From the NCBI GenBank assembly GCA_964486045.1, contig CAZALK010000019.1, positions 28,976 to 92,975 on the forward strand: a stretch of 64,000 nt of DNA, read 5' to 3'. The DNA is from an uncultured archaeon (GTDB lineage: Archaea > Asgardarchaeota > Lokiarchaeia > Sigyniarchaeales > SOKP01). Below, piece after piece: positions 40,476 through 50,559 of this stretch. A model generated the notes under the pieces. That model was not told the DNA's origin. It made no database searches and saw only the letters and a list, made by a program, of their open reading frames with translations. A program made the translations under genes and the position numbers. Positions within the stretch are counted from its first letter, which is position 1. Every line of letters begins with the position of its first letter.

Positions 40476-41056
40476 GTAATAATAAACTCTTAGGTATGGT
40501 TATTGATCAAGAAAGATGTATCGGATGTGAAGCTTGTAGTATAGCATGTAAAGTTGAAAACAACTCAGTTGATTATTGGATAAAAGTAGAAACTCAGGGA
40601 GGTGCTAATAAAGATACTCCAGGAGGAAGTTTCCCAAACTTAACAATGGAATTTCTTCCTAAATTATGTAATCATTGTGAAAATCCCCCTTGCGTCGATT
40701 CTTGTCCAGAAGATGCTCTTCAAAAAAGAAATGATGGGATTGTGATCTTAGATCAAGAGTTATGTTCAGGATGTCAGGCTTGTTTAACTGCCTGTCCTTA
40801 TAATATCATAGTATTTAATGAGAATGATAATGTTGTTGAAAAATGCCACTTTTGCGCTCATAGAGTTGATCAAGGGCTTGAGCCGTTTTGTTTGATTTGT
40901 TGTGAAGGTCAAGCGATACACTTTGGAGATTTAAATGACGCCAATAGTGTTGTTTCAAAACTAATATCTGGGAATAATATTTTTCAACTAAAAACTGAAA
41001 AGGGTACAAATCCAAGCGTTTATTATTCCCCTCCCAGACCAAAAAGAAGATTATAG
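40472..41056 (+). CDS. DmsB/NrfC-like 4x[4Fe-4S] subunit
   Basis: CIGCEACSIAC, CNHCENPPCVDSCP, CSGCQACLTACPY, KCHFC; ATGA overlap. Confidence 0.95.
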   Translation: MSNNKLLGMVIDQERCIGCEACSIACKVENNSVDYWIKVETQGGANKDTPGGSFPNLTMEFLPKLCNHCENPPCVDSCPEDALQKRNDGIVILDQELCSGCQACLTACPYNIIVFNENDNVVEKCHFCAHRVDQGLEPFCLICCEGQAIHFGDLNDANSVVSKLISGNNIFQLKTEKGTNPSVYYSPPRPKRRL

Positions 41057-41227
41057 ATACAATTGGTCTGGTTTTTTATTATTTATTTTTAATTTATTCA
41101 ATGAAAATGTCAGCAATTATATTTAAAGAAGTAATTTAAAAGTCTTTCCAATATTCAAATGTATTGTTTATTTGGTTAGCTTTTACAGCTTAAGAAAAAA
41201 AATAGGAAAATAATAAAAAATTGTAAT

Positions 41228-42535
41228 CTATTTTACATCTTCATTTTCAATTATCATTGCAGTTCCTTGACCCCCACCGCAGCACATTGTAGCCAGACCA
41301 TATTGAGCGTTTTTCTCTTTTAGGATTCTCGCCAAGCTTCCAACTATTCTTGGACCTGTTGCCGCGATTGGATGACCAAGAGCAATTCCACCACCTTTAA
41401 CATTAACATCATCTAATCTGTCGTCTAATCCCATCTCATGAACCCAGTTAAGACCTACAATAGCAAATGCTTCGTTGATTTCCCAGTAGGCAATGTCATC
41501 AGTTGTTAATCCCGCATGTTTTAGTGCCATCCACGATGCTGGAACTGGGCCTCTCCCCATAACTGTAGGATCTACCCCTCCGAAACCAATTGAAACTATA
41601 CGCGCTAATGGGTTTAAGTTATGCTTTTTCATTGCATCTTCAGACATTAGCAATAATGTTGCTGCTCCTGCGTTAGTTGGACATGAATTCCCTGCAGTTA
41701 CTAATCCCTGTTCGGTTTCAAATGCTTTAACATATTCTTTTTTGGTCATTAGTGGCCTGTAGTATCCGCCAGCCCAACCAGGTTTACTTAGTGCTCTCAA
41801 ATCTTTTGTTCCTTCGTAAGTAGCATTTTTTCTGACTGAAGTATCATGTTCAATTAACATTGGGGTATTCTCATCACCTTCGGAATGTGCCATTACAGGG
41901 ACAATTTCACCCTTGAAAAAGCCTTCCTCTTGAGCTTTCGAAGCTAATTGATGACTGCGAACAGAAAACCTATCATTATCCTCTTTTGTAAAAATACCCG
42001 CATTCATTTCTGAGAGTTTTTGAGCCGTCTGTAGCATTGATCCCGTACAACGGAAATCAACAACATCATCTACAAAAAACTCATGACCTTTCCTCATAGC
42101 AGGGGGGATCTCTCTAGATGTTGGGGGTTTTGATCGTGACATAGTAGCGTTATTTTTTCCCGAAGCTATAACAACATCAGAATATCCTAGTGCAATATTA
42201 TTATACGCTATAGAAGCACAGGTCATTCCTGAACCACACTGCCTATCTAATGCGATAGATGATACTTTCGTTGGAAATTTAGATAAAAACATTGGATATC
42301 TTCCCCCAAGGGTTACGTATTCATAATTAAAATGAGTCGCTCCTATATAAAATTCATCCACATCTTCAGGTTTAACTTTATCTTTTAATCTATTATCAAA
42401 CATTTCATTTAACGTTAAGGCAGTTAATTCATCAGGCCTTAAATTTCCTAAAACGTCTCTGGGTGGTTCTCTTGGGCGAGATCTTGAAAATGGAGTTCTT
42501 ATAAAATCTGTAATATAAACATCTCTTATTTTCAT
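41228..42535 (-). CDS. Thiolase (acetyl-CoA C-acyltransferase), catalytic residues intact
   Basis: DRQCGSG, NEAF, GHPIAATG, CCGGGQG. Confidence 0.93.
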   Translation of the reverse strand: MKIRDVYITDFIRTPFSRSRPREPPRDVLGNLRPDELTALTLNEMFDNRLKDKVKPEDVDEFYIGATHFNYEYVTLGGRYPMFLSKFPTKVSSIALDRQCGSGMTCASIAYNNIALGYSDVVIASGKNNATMSRSKPPTSREIPPAMRKGHEFFVDDVVDFRCTGSMLQTAQKLSEMNAGIFTKEDNDRFSVRSHQLASKAQEEGFFKGEIVPVMAHSEGDENTPMLIEHDTSVRKNATYEGTKDLRALSKPGWAGGYYRPLMTKKEYVKAFETEQGLVTAGNSCPTNAGAATLLLMSEDAMKKHNLNPLARIVSIGFGGVDPTVMGRGPVPASWMALKHAGLTTDDIAYWEINEAFAIVGLNWVHEMGLDDRLDDVNVKGGGIALGHPIAATGPRIVGSLARILKEKNAQYGLATMCCGGGQGTAMIIENEDVK

Positions 42536-42578
42536 TTTTTTTTAACCTCTTCTTATTATTTGTATTTCATATTTAATT

Positions 42579-43913
42579 TTAAATATCTAAATTCTCAATT
42601 ACTACTGCAGTACCTTGCCCGCCACCACATGACATAGCAGCAAGTCCATATTTTGCTTTTTTCTCTTTAAGAATTCTTGCTAATGTTGCCGTTATTCTCA
42701 GCCCTGTAGCGGATGCTGGATTCCCTATTGCTATTGCTCCTCCATGAATATTCATTTTGTTTTCCCAATCAATCCCTAATTTATTGGCAGCATTAAGTGC
42801 TACAATGCTAAAAGATTCATTGATTTCCCAGAAATCGATATCTTGGACTTTTAAGTTTGCATGCTTTAAAGCCATTTGAGAAGCCGGTACTACGCCTCTC
42901 CCTCGTACAGTTGGATCTACTCCTGCAAACCCAATTGAGATAACTTTCGACATGGGTTTTAAGTTGTATTCTTCAAGTGCTTTTTTAGACGCTAATAAAC
43001 AAAGTGAAGCTCCATCACAAAGAGGAGAACTATTCCCTTCCGTTATAATACCTTTTTCTGTTCCAAATTTTGCGATATATGCATCTTTGGCGAATATAGG
43101 ATTTTTATAACCACCTGCCCATCCTGGAGTGCTTAGAGGGGGTGTATTAGCAATATCATCTAGTGTAATTGCTTTCTTTATAGAATTATCTTCTTCAATC
43201 TCAATTTGGTTATCAGATTCGCCTGCTTTATGACCTTTAACTGACATTATTTCTTCTTTGAAATATCCATTCTCTTGAGCTTTTTCTGCTAAATTTTGAC
43301 TTCGTGAGCTAAATGTGTCCATTTCATCTTTTGTGAAAAGATCTGCCTCCTCCTCTACAAGTTTCTGAGCTGCTTGAAATAATGACCGACTTGTTTTCCA
43401 ATCATATAAATCATCATTATACCACTTACTTTCTGGATCAAGCATTAGTTTATCAGGAGGCCATCCAAATACTTTCACTTTTCCATCGTAAGTATGGAGT
43501 GGTACCCTTGTAAATTGATCAAAACCTATAGATGCCACCACATCGGAATAACCCATTGAAATATTTGCAAAACCAACGTGTAAAGTTGCCATCCCGGAAC
43601 CGTCTTGTTTGTCAAATACCGTTGCAGGCACATGAAAAGGAAAATTTGCCATAAAAATAGGAATTCTTCCCCCAAATGTCCCATGCTCATGCTGTAATAA
43701 AGCACTGCCTACCAAAACCTCACTAACATTCTCACGCTTGAGTGTACTACCTTTATTAGGTATTTTATTGTCAAACATGTCTATTAAAACACGAGCTGCA
43801 AGTTCTGGACCCCATTGTTTACTAAAAACAGCATCATCGGGTTCCAGAGGATTTGATTGAGAAAATGGTGTCCTTACATGGTCTACTAAATATACTTCTT
43901 TTGCTTCTTTCAT
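42579..43913 (-). CDS. Thiolase-like protein lacking the nucleophile Cys and catalytic His
   Basis: DKQDGSG, NESF, GNPASATG, SCGGGQG. Confidence 0.9.
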   Translation of the reverse strand: MKEAKEVYLVDHVRTPFSQSNPLEPDDAVFSKQWGPELAARVLIDMFDNKIPNKGSTLKRENVSEVLVGSALLQHEHGTFGGRIPIFMANFPFHVPATVFDKQDGSGMATLHVGFANISMGYSDVVASIGFDQFTRVPLHTYDGKVKVFGWPPDKLMLDPESKWYNDDLYDWKTSRSLFQAAQKLVEEEADLFTKDEMDTFSSRSQNLAEKAQENGYFKEEIMSVKGHKAGESDNQIEIEEDNSIKKAITLDDIANTPPLSTPGWAGGYKNPIFAKDAYIAKFGTEKGIITEGNSSPLCDGASLCLLASKKALEEYNLKPMSKVISIGFAGVDPTVRGRGVVPASQMALKHANLKVQDIDFWEINESFSIVALNAANKLGIDWENKMNIHGGAIAIGNPASATGLRITATLARILKEKKAKYGLAAMSCGGGQGTAVVIENLDI

Positions 43914-44156
43914 ATTTCATTTTCTCTTTTTAGTTTTAAATATAAAGAATATAATGTTGAAATTTAACGATTAAATAAATATTTTCATATCAGTATAACT
44001 TGTTATAGTGGTTTTTTATTCAACAAATTTTGCTAAAAATTAGAAAAAACAGCAATACAGTTATCTAACTAAAAAATAAAACTTTATTATCATATCAATT
44101 TTAATAAGATATTGAATACATAATGACCTAATAAAAAAATTATTGGATGATAAAAA

Positions 44157-45284
44157 GTGAGTGAAGCTGACTATAAAAAAGCTCTTAATGTAATATTTAA
44201 ATCAGGAGGATTTCGATTTCCTTTTTCAGAAACTATACATGAAATTCTAAAAATAACTATCAAAGATGAAAATCTAGATTTCATAATGGCTTTTGAAAAC
44301 CAGAAATCTCAAACAATGGAACAACTTAAGGAGAGCAGTGGTTTATCAGAAGAAGAGATCTTAAAAAAATCTGATGCTGTAGCAAAAATGGGAGTAATAA
44401 TCAACCAACCCAATAGTCAAGGGGTTATGGTATATCAAATGTTCCCGTTTCACAGGCAATTTGAATATATTTTTATGCAAAACCTCGAAAAAACTGACGA
44501 AAATTATAAGATAGCACGATTATTTGGTAAATTGAATGAAGAACATGATGGCATAGTTCAATCTCAATATGATAGATTTAGTGCTGCATTGAATAGCATG
44601 CCACCCCAGGATCGCACTATCCCGATATTAAAAAATTTGGAATCAGGGGAAGAGATAAATATAATCGTAAATGAAGAATTAGAAGTCCCAACAGAAAAAA
44701 TATTACCTACTCAACAAATTAGAGAACTTATTGAGAAATATGATGATATTGCTGTAGGAAATTGTTATTGTCGTAACCATCAGGAACTTCTAAATAATCC
44801 CTGCAAGATGATTGAAATAACTCCAAGTTGTATGACCTTAGGGAAATCAGCAAGGCATACTTCTAATCACGGATTCTCAAAATTAGTGTCTAAAGAAGAA
44901 GCATTGGAAATCTTGAAAAAATGTGAAGATGCGGGATTAGTCCATAAAGCCTATCATAAGTACGGTAATTCATCAGCCGAGGAAGTCGCAATCTGTAATT
45001 GTTGTAACTGTTGTTGCTTGACTGCACGGGATGCCTTAATTTTTCCTGTAGTCAATGAAACAAATTATTTAGCTAGCATCGATGAGGATTTATGTACAGG
45101 ATGCGGTATCTGTGTAGACTTGTGCTATAATAAGGCTATTGAATTGAATGATGACGATAAAGCGGAAAGGGAGGAAGAATTCTGTGCTGGATGTGGTGTG
45201 TGCGCATATCATTGCCCTGAAAACGCAATCTCTCTTATTGAAGGTCCAAGAATGGTAAGAATGCTCCCCCCACGTAAAAATTAG
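44157..45284 (+). CDS. Fe-S protein (HTH-like N-terminus, Cys-rich core, 2x[4Fe-4S] ferredoxin domain)
   Basis: CYCR, ICNCCNCCC, CTGCGICVDLC, CAGCGVCAYHCP. Confidence 0.88.
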   Translation: MSEADYKKALNVIFKSGGFRFPFSETIHEILKITIKDENLDFIMAFENQKSQTMEQLKESSGLSEEEILKKSDAVAKMGVIINQPNSQGVMVYQMFPFHRQFEYIFMQNLEKTDENYKIARLFGKLNEEHDGIVQSQYDRFSAALNSMPPQDRTIPILKNLESGEEINIIVNEELEVPTEKILPTQQIRELIEKYDDIAVGNCYCRNHQELLNNPCKMIEITPSCMTLGKSARHTSNHGFSKLVSKEEALEILKKCEDAGLVHKAYHKYGNSSAEEVAICNCCNCCCLTARDALIFPVVNETNYLASIDEDLCTGCGICVDLCYNKAIELNDDDKAEREEEFCAGCGVCAYHCPENAISLIEGPRMVRMLPPRKN

Positions 45285-45388
45285 ATTCTATACTCTTTTT
45301 TATTTCTTTTTTTGTATCTCATTTTCATTCCTTAGAATTCTACAAATCAGTGATGCAGAACTTGCTGTTTGAATTCAAATTATTTTAG

Positions 45389-45412
45389 GTAAGACTTTAA
45401 TAAAAGTCTTAC
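45389..45412. promoter_or_regulatory. Inverted repeat, probable TA autoregulatory operator
   Basis: GTAAGACTTT-aata-AAAGTCTTAC, 12 bp before the antitoxin start. Confidence 0.75.
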
Positions 45413-45424
45413 TTCTTTTATTTT

Positions 45425-45661
45425 ATGACTAAATTAAAAGTTGGACCAAAGGGGCAAATTACTTTAATTAAAAAGCTGAGAGATAAATATGGTATTGAAC
45501 CAGGCTCCCTTGTGGAAGAAATTGAAGTTGATGATGGTATATTAATCAAACCAATAGAATCTTCCTTAAAAAGGTGGAAAAATCTAAAGGAAAAAGTGAG
45601 TAAGAAATGGCCTTCAGATATCTCTTCTATACAAGCAATTCAAGAGGATAGAACAAAGTGA
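45425..45661 (+). CDS. vapB: AbrB/MazE-family antitoxin (VapB)
   Basis: KVGPKGQITL.KKLRDKYGIEPG..GILIKP; overlaps the toxin start. Confidence 0.9.
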   Translation: MTKLKVGPKGQITLIKKLRDKYGIEPGSLVEEIEVDDGILIKPIESSLKRWKNLKEKVSKKWPSDISSIQAIQEDRTK

Positions 45662-46071
45662 AAGGGGTAGTTGTAGATTCTAATGTTTTCATTGCATCTT
45701 TGATAGAAGATGATAAGTTTTACATGGTAAGTATCGATTTCATTGAAAAAATGAATATAGAGGAGTTAACTTTTCATATATCAATGATAATCCCAATAGA
45801 AGTGTCCTGTGCCATTGCAAGAAGAATTGGTGCAAATGAAGCTAAGGAGAGTGAAGAAATTATCCATAATTGGATTAAGGAGAAAAAAATTATTGCTTAT
45901 GAATTGAATGAAAAGAGGATGAATGAATCCCAAAATTATGGAACCAAATATAAATTAAAAGGAATGGATGCAATCATTGTCCAATTAGCTCTTGAATTAA
46001 ATCTTCCTCTGATAACCTTTGATAATGAGATAATTGAAAGAGCATCGGATATTCAATTTTTCAAAGCTTAG
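45658..46071 (+). CDS. vapC: PIN-domain toxin
   Basis: VVDSNVF, IEV, LKGMDAIIV, LITFD. Confidence 0.92.
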   Translation: MKGVVVDSNVFIASLIEDDKFYMVSIDFIEKMNIEELTFHISMIIPIEVSCAIARRIGANEAKESEEIIHNWIKEKKIIAYELNEKRMNESQNYGTKYKLKGMDAIIVQLALELNLPLITFDNEIIERASDIQFFKA

Positions 46072-46174
46072 CTACCAAGGTTTTACACGCGAATTTTAAA
46101 ATAATATAAATAATAGAAAGATGATTTTATCTATAAAGCAGTAAAAGTAAATATTAAATACGGAAGGATTTTTA

Positions 46175-46579
46175 ATGGATGAATTGAGAATTAAACGTTA
46201 TCGCGATAAAATAAATCATATTGTGGATTATATAAAGGACTTAACAGGAGAACCTAAAAATGAGCTTGAAAAACGAGGGATATTCTATTCATTACAAACA
46301 TCTATTGAAGCGATTATAGATTTAATCGCAATCCTTACAAAAGACTTGGGGATTCAAGTAAAGGATGATAATATAAACATAACTGAAATTGTTAAAAAAA
46401 GAAATCTAAAATCTGAACTAGGAGAGAATTTGAAAAAAGCTAATGGTATGCGAGATATAATAGTCCATCGTTACAATGATTTTGAAGAAGAAATTATTTT
46501 AGAATCTGTTGAAGAAATTAAAGATCTATTACCAAAATGGATAGAGGTGGTGGAGGAAATCCTGAATGAGCTCTCGTAA
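46175..46579 (+). CDS. HEPN (DUF86/HepT-like) RNase toxin
   Basis: LQTSIEAIID, RDIIVHRY (RxxxxHxY). Confidence 0.92.
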   Translation: MDELRIKRYRDKINHIVDYIKDLTGEPKNELEKRGIFYSLQTSIEAIIDLIAILTKDLGIQVKDDNINITEIVKKRNLKSELGENLKKANGMRDIIVHRYNDFEEEIILESVEEIKDLLPKWIEVVEEILNELS

Positions 46580-46964
46580 GATTGAAAATTTAGCGGAAAC
46601 CTTAAATCCATTAAAGGGAAAATATGAAGTAGTCCTTTATGGATCACAAGTAGAAGGAGGAGTTCGACCAGATTCAGATATCGATATTGGAGTGATAACT
46701 CGTGAAACCAATATCAAAACTAATATTGAAACACAAAAAGAGCTATTGGGGATGTTTCCTCTTGATTTTGATGTCAGAATATTTGAATTATTTCCAATTT
46801 ACATTCAGATTTCAATAATAGAGACTTATCAAGTTATATTTGGTGATATCTTAGAAATTTCAGAATACTTCTATTCTTTTCGGAAAAAATGGGATGATTG
46901 TAAACACCGGATTTTATCAAACCAGTTCTCAAGCCACCGTGAAAGGTTAAACTTAAATAAGTAG
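46566..46964 (+). CDS. Minimal nucleotidyltransferase (MNT/MntA-like) antitoxin
   Basis: LYGSQVEGGVRPDSDIDIG (GSx10DxD). Confidence 0.92.
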   Translation: MSSRKIENLAETLNPLKGKYEVVLYGSQVEGGVRPDSDIDIGVITRETNIKTNIETQKELLGMFPLDFDVRIFELFPIYIQISIIETYQVIFGDILEISEYFYSFRKKWDDCKHRILSNQFSSHRERLNLNK

Positions 46965-47085
46965 ACTTTTCCTTATTTAGATTTTAACTGGTTTTAAAAA
47001 TCTCATTTACAACATTCTCGAAAGAGCATTGATTATTTAACTCATTAAATTCGATTATTTACTCGGGGATGAGGTTCATTGAAAT

Positions 47086-47331
47086 TTGAAATTTTTACTT
47101 GATGAAAATGTTCCTCAATCGATCAAGAAGATAGTTACTAATCTTGGACATAATGTGATAATATTAAAAGATTTCAATAAGTTAGGAGCAATAAATGGGG
47201 ATGTTGCAGAATTAGCAATTAAGGAAAATGCAATAATAATTACATTTGATACTGATTTTTTAATCTTAAAGAAAAAGATCCAACCTCAGATATTGATTCA
47301 GTCATCTTTTAGTTTTGACCTATTTTTTTAA
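47086..47331 (+). pseudogene. DUF5615/Mut7-C-like PIN protein, probably truncated
   Basis: KFLLDENVP..LGH..ENAIIITFDTDF, followed by a divergent tail; only 81 aa. Confidence 0.7.
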
Positions 47332-47385
47332 GGATATTAGATTTTTCCCTAATTTGAATTGGATGATTTTTTAATGAAAAATAAG

Positions 47386-47409
47386 AAGTCTTTTTACCTT
47401 AAAAGACTT
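47386..47409. repeat. Inverted repeat (hairpin/terminator or operator)
   Basis: AAGTCTTTT-tacctt-AAAAGACTT between convergent genes. Confidence 0.55.
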
Positions 47410-47484
47410 TGCGACCAGCTTGTTATATCATAATCTTGAAATGATAAATCACTGAAAAAAAGAAAAAAAATTAAATTTAAAGAC

Positions 47485-48312
47485 TTATTCTACAATGGCA
47501 TAAGCGTTTCCTAGGACTACGGTGTTATCTTTTCGAACTTGAACTATGTAACGGCCGTTATCCTTCCAGCCTTCTGTTATGAGGGTCTCTCCAGGGAACA
47601 CGACACCTTTAAATCTTGCACTGAACTCTTTAAAGCGAGAAACATCCCCATCACATAGTCCATTAACAATAGCACGTGTAGCAATCCCGTATGTACATAA
47701 ACCATGAAGGATTGGTTTTGGTTGACCTGCCATTTTAGCAAAGTTCGGATCTATATGTAGTGGATTAAAATCTCCACTTAGTCTATAAAATGCTGCTTGA
47801 TTTGTACTAGTCTGATAAGAAATGCTAAAATCGGGTTCTACTCCGCCGGGAGGATTTATGGGCTCAGTTTTTGGTCCTGGATCTCCACCGAATCCTCCTG
47901 ACCCACCAACGAAAAAGGCATACCTTGTATCAAATATATGCTCACCCTCAGCTGAATGTCCGGTTATTTTTGTATATATGACAGCAGCTTTCCCTTTATC
48001 GTATATGTGTTCTATAACGGCTTTTGTATTTATTGTTCCGTTAGGTTTAAAAGGCACATAAAGACGGATTAATTGCTCACCATGTAATAATCGGACAAAA
48101 TCAGTTCCCGGTGGGAAAAGTAGCCCGCTTCCAGCTACTATCGTTGCAAAACTCGGAAACACTTTCATACCATCTTTTACTCTTTCATAAACAAAGGATA
48201 AATCTTCTGCTTGTGCCCCAATTCCCAAATTATACAAGGCACTCATTTTCCAATCATATGTAAATGTTCCCTCTCTTGTTTGTCCTACTGAATTTACATC
48301 TATTTTTGACAT
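47485..48312 (-). CDS. MaoC double-hotdog (R)-enoyl-CoA hydratase 2 (MFE-2-like)
   Basis: YRLSGDFNPLHIDP, PILHGLCTYG, LLHGEQ. Confidence 0.93.
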   Translation of the reverse strand: MSKIDVNSVGQTREGTFTYDWKMSALYNLGIGAQAEDLSFVYERVKDGMKVFPSFATIVAGSGLLFPPGTDFVRLLHGEQLIRLYVPFKPNGTINTKAVIEHIYDKGKAAVIYTKITGHSAEGEHIFDTRYAFFVGGSGGFGGDPGPKTEPINPPGGVEPDFSISYQTSTNQAAFYRLSGDFNPLHIDPNFAKMAGQPKPILHGLCTYGIATRAIVNGLCDGDVSRFKEFSARFKGVVFPGETLITEGWKDNGRYIVQVRKDNTVVLGNAYAIVE

Positions 48313-48446
48313 TCCTATTTTTCACTTATTTTTATAAATTGAATTTTATGAGTAATTATACTAAATACAGATCAAATTAAAAATAATTTCTAAAAAATGG
48401 TTATTATAAAAAGGTAAATAAAAAGGAGTTAAAAGGTAAATTTTTA

Positions 48447-49304
48447 TTACTCTACAATAGCATATGCGTTACCTAATACTATTGCTCCTCTTTCGGTCTT
48501 CACTTGAATGATATAGCGACCATTATCTTTCCAACCCGAAGTTGTCAGAGTTTCACCAGGATATACCTCGCTAGTAAATCTTGCTTTAAATTCTTTAAAA
48601 CGTGCAACCTCGCCATTACATAAACCTTCTACTATAGCTCGAGTTGCATGACCATAAGTACATAAACCGTGAAGGATTGGTCTATCAAATTTTCCACTTC
48701 TTTTAGCAAATACTGGATCCAAATGAAGAGGGTTATAATCTCCTGAAAGGCGATAAAGCGCGGCTTGGTCTACACTTGTCTTATATGGTACGCTAAAATC
48801 AGGCTCTTTTCCCTCAGGAGGATTTAAAGGTTCAGCTTTAGGACCACGGTCTCCACCCCAACCACCTTCACCAATATAGAAGTGAACGTATTTAGCATCG
48901 AAAATATGTTCTCCATCAGGTGTTCGACCCGACATTCTAGTATGAACAACAGCAGCTTTCCCTTTGTCAAATATATTTTCGCATACGCCTTTGACTTTTA
49001 TTTCTCCTTCAGAAGGAAAGGGTTTAAAGAGTTTTATCATTTGTTCTCCATGGATAAATCGAGCCCCGTCAACTGGTTTATTACTAAACCTTGGGAATCC
49101 TACTCCTGCTACAATACATGCATAACTTGGGAAGACTTGTACACCCCCTGGTGTTCGTTCGTAGACATAAGGTAAATCTGTGGCTTTAGCACCAATCCCA
49201 AGGTTATAAAGTATTAGATCTTTCCAAACATATTTAAAGGTCCTTTCTTCAGTTTCTTTTCCTATAACATCTAAATTTAAACTTGTCATATTTAGATCTC
49301 TCAA
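48447..49304 (-). CDS. MaoC double-hotdog (R)-enoyl-CoA hydratase 2 (MFE-2-like)
   Basis: YRLSGDYNPLHLDP, PILHGLCTYG. Confidence 0.93.
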   Translation of the reverse strand: MRDLNMTSLNLDVIGKETEERTFKYVWKDLILYNLGIGAKATDLPYVYERTPGGVQVFPSYACIVAGVGFPRFSNKPVDGARFIHGEQMIKLFKPFPSEGEIKVKGVCENIFDKGKAAVVHTRMSGRTPDGEHIFDAKYVHFYIGEGGWGGDRGPKAEPLNPPEGKEPDFSVPYKTSVDQAALYRLSGDYNPLHLDPVFAKRSGKFDRPILHGLCTYGHATRAIVEGLCNGEVARFKEFKARFTSEVYPGETLTTSGWKDNGRYIIQVKTERGAIVLGNAYAIVE

Positions 49305-49411
49305 AATTATTGAATATTATAATTAGTTTTTATCTCGAATAATTAATTAATCATTTCAATTAAACGTTATTTTTGTTTAATCGCTCTGGAGTTTAAATAA
49401 TGAGAGAAATT

Positions 49412-49531
49412 TTATAAAAAACTTTCTAATACAGCATAAAGTACATCATCTTTCCAAGGATATTTAAAAGTTCTTTCAGTGTTCTTCACAGCAACAACAT
49501 TTAAATCTAATTTATTCTTATTTCTAATCAA
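49412..49531 (-). pseudogene. 5' fragment of a third hydratase-2 gene
   Basis: KLDLNVVAVKNTERTFKYPWKDDVLYA aligns with SLNLDVIGKETEERTFKYVWKDLILYN of 48447..49304. Confidence 0.8.
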
Positions 49532-49583
49532 ATTTCAATCATTTTAATTTCTTGATTGTTAATAGCATTTCAGATATCACAAT

Positions 49584-50477
49584 TTAAATAAAACCACTCC
49601 TTTTTAAGCCTTCTATTAACCACTTTATATTCATTTCTAAACCATCTAATAAGTTATATTCCATAATTTTTGAATTAGGAATGTAGGTCTCAAAATATTT
49701 AAGAGAAATTTCTCTACTTGAAAGGTTTTCGCGATACCATTGAATTATCGAATTTTTCGATTTAAAGTGAAAATCTTCCATGTCCTTTAGGAAAATTTCA
49801 AAATCTCCTTCTGTCCATACTCCAAAATGGGCTAATGAAATAGAATCCAACTTATCTTTCATATCTCTAAGTTTCTGAAAGGTTTTAAGTAATTCTGATT
49901 CGTTAAACTCAGGAGGCATAAAAGCTGGCTGAACATACGTATATCCTGATTTATTGCTAACGGCATCCCCTGCAAAAATATTTCTGTTTTTTGCGTCTAA
50001 AAGTGCGATAGAATCCATTGTATGCCCAAAGAAATTAATTACTTCTAAAGTCAGACCATTTAAATCAATTATATCGCCTTCTTTTAGAAGTGTAACATTA
50101 TTTATCGGCTCCACCGTGGCCTCAAACACATCATTCATTGCTGCGGGATTCTCTAAATTTTCAAGTGCATTTTCTGATGCCAGTACTTCGATATCAATCT
50201 CTTTCATTAATGCTTTTAAGGTATGTAGTCCTGCTGTATGATCCCAATGCGCATGACTTAGCAAGATCTTATGGATCGGGTAAATATTGTACTCCTTTAA
50301 CTTATTAACTATTTTTTGTGCTTGATCTGGAGTTGAAGTGTCAATTAGCATTCGTACCCCCTTATTTTCAATAATATAAAGAGCTAAACCTCTTGGAGCT
50401 CCAAATAAAAAACCATCAACTAAATAACTATTATCGTTAAATCTCCCATCTTTATAGATATAAACCAATTTGATCAC
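49584..50477 (-). CDS. MBL-fold metallo-hydrolase
   Basis: SHAHWDH, GHT, AGDA, LAHFG. Confidence 0.92.
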   Translation of the reverse strand: MIKLVYIYKDGRFNDNSYLVDGFLFGAPRGLALYIIENKGVRMLIDTSTPDQAQKIVNKLKEYNIYPIHKILLSHAHWDHTAGLHTLKALMKEIDIEVLASENALENLENPAAMNDVFEATVEPINNVTLLKEGDIIDLNGLTLEVINFFGHTMDSIALLDAKNRNIFAGDAVSNKSGYTYVQPAFMPPEFNESELLKTFQKLRDMKDKLDSISLAHFGVWTEGDFEIFLKDMEDFHFKSKNSIIQWYRENLSSREISLKYFETYIPNSKIMEYNLLDGLEMNIKWLIEGLKRSGFI

Positions 50478-50559
50478 TCCTTTAATTGGGATACACTTAA
50501 TAATCTAAGAATTGAATAAATATGAAAATAAAAAATAAAAAAAAGATAAATTTAACCCT

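Noticed and set aside
46990-47089. DUF433 antitoxin remnant ending ..GMRFIEI* and overlapping the DUF5615 start
   Set aside because: The overlap is suggestive but the remaining sequence is too degraded to support
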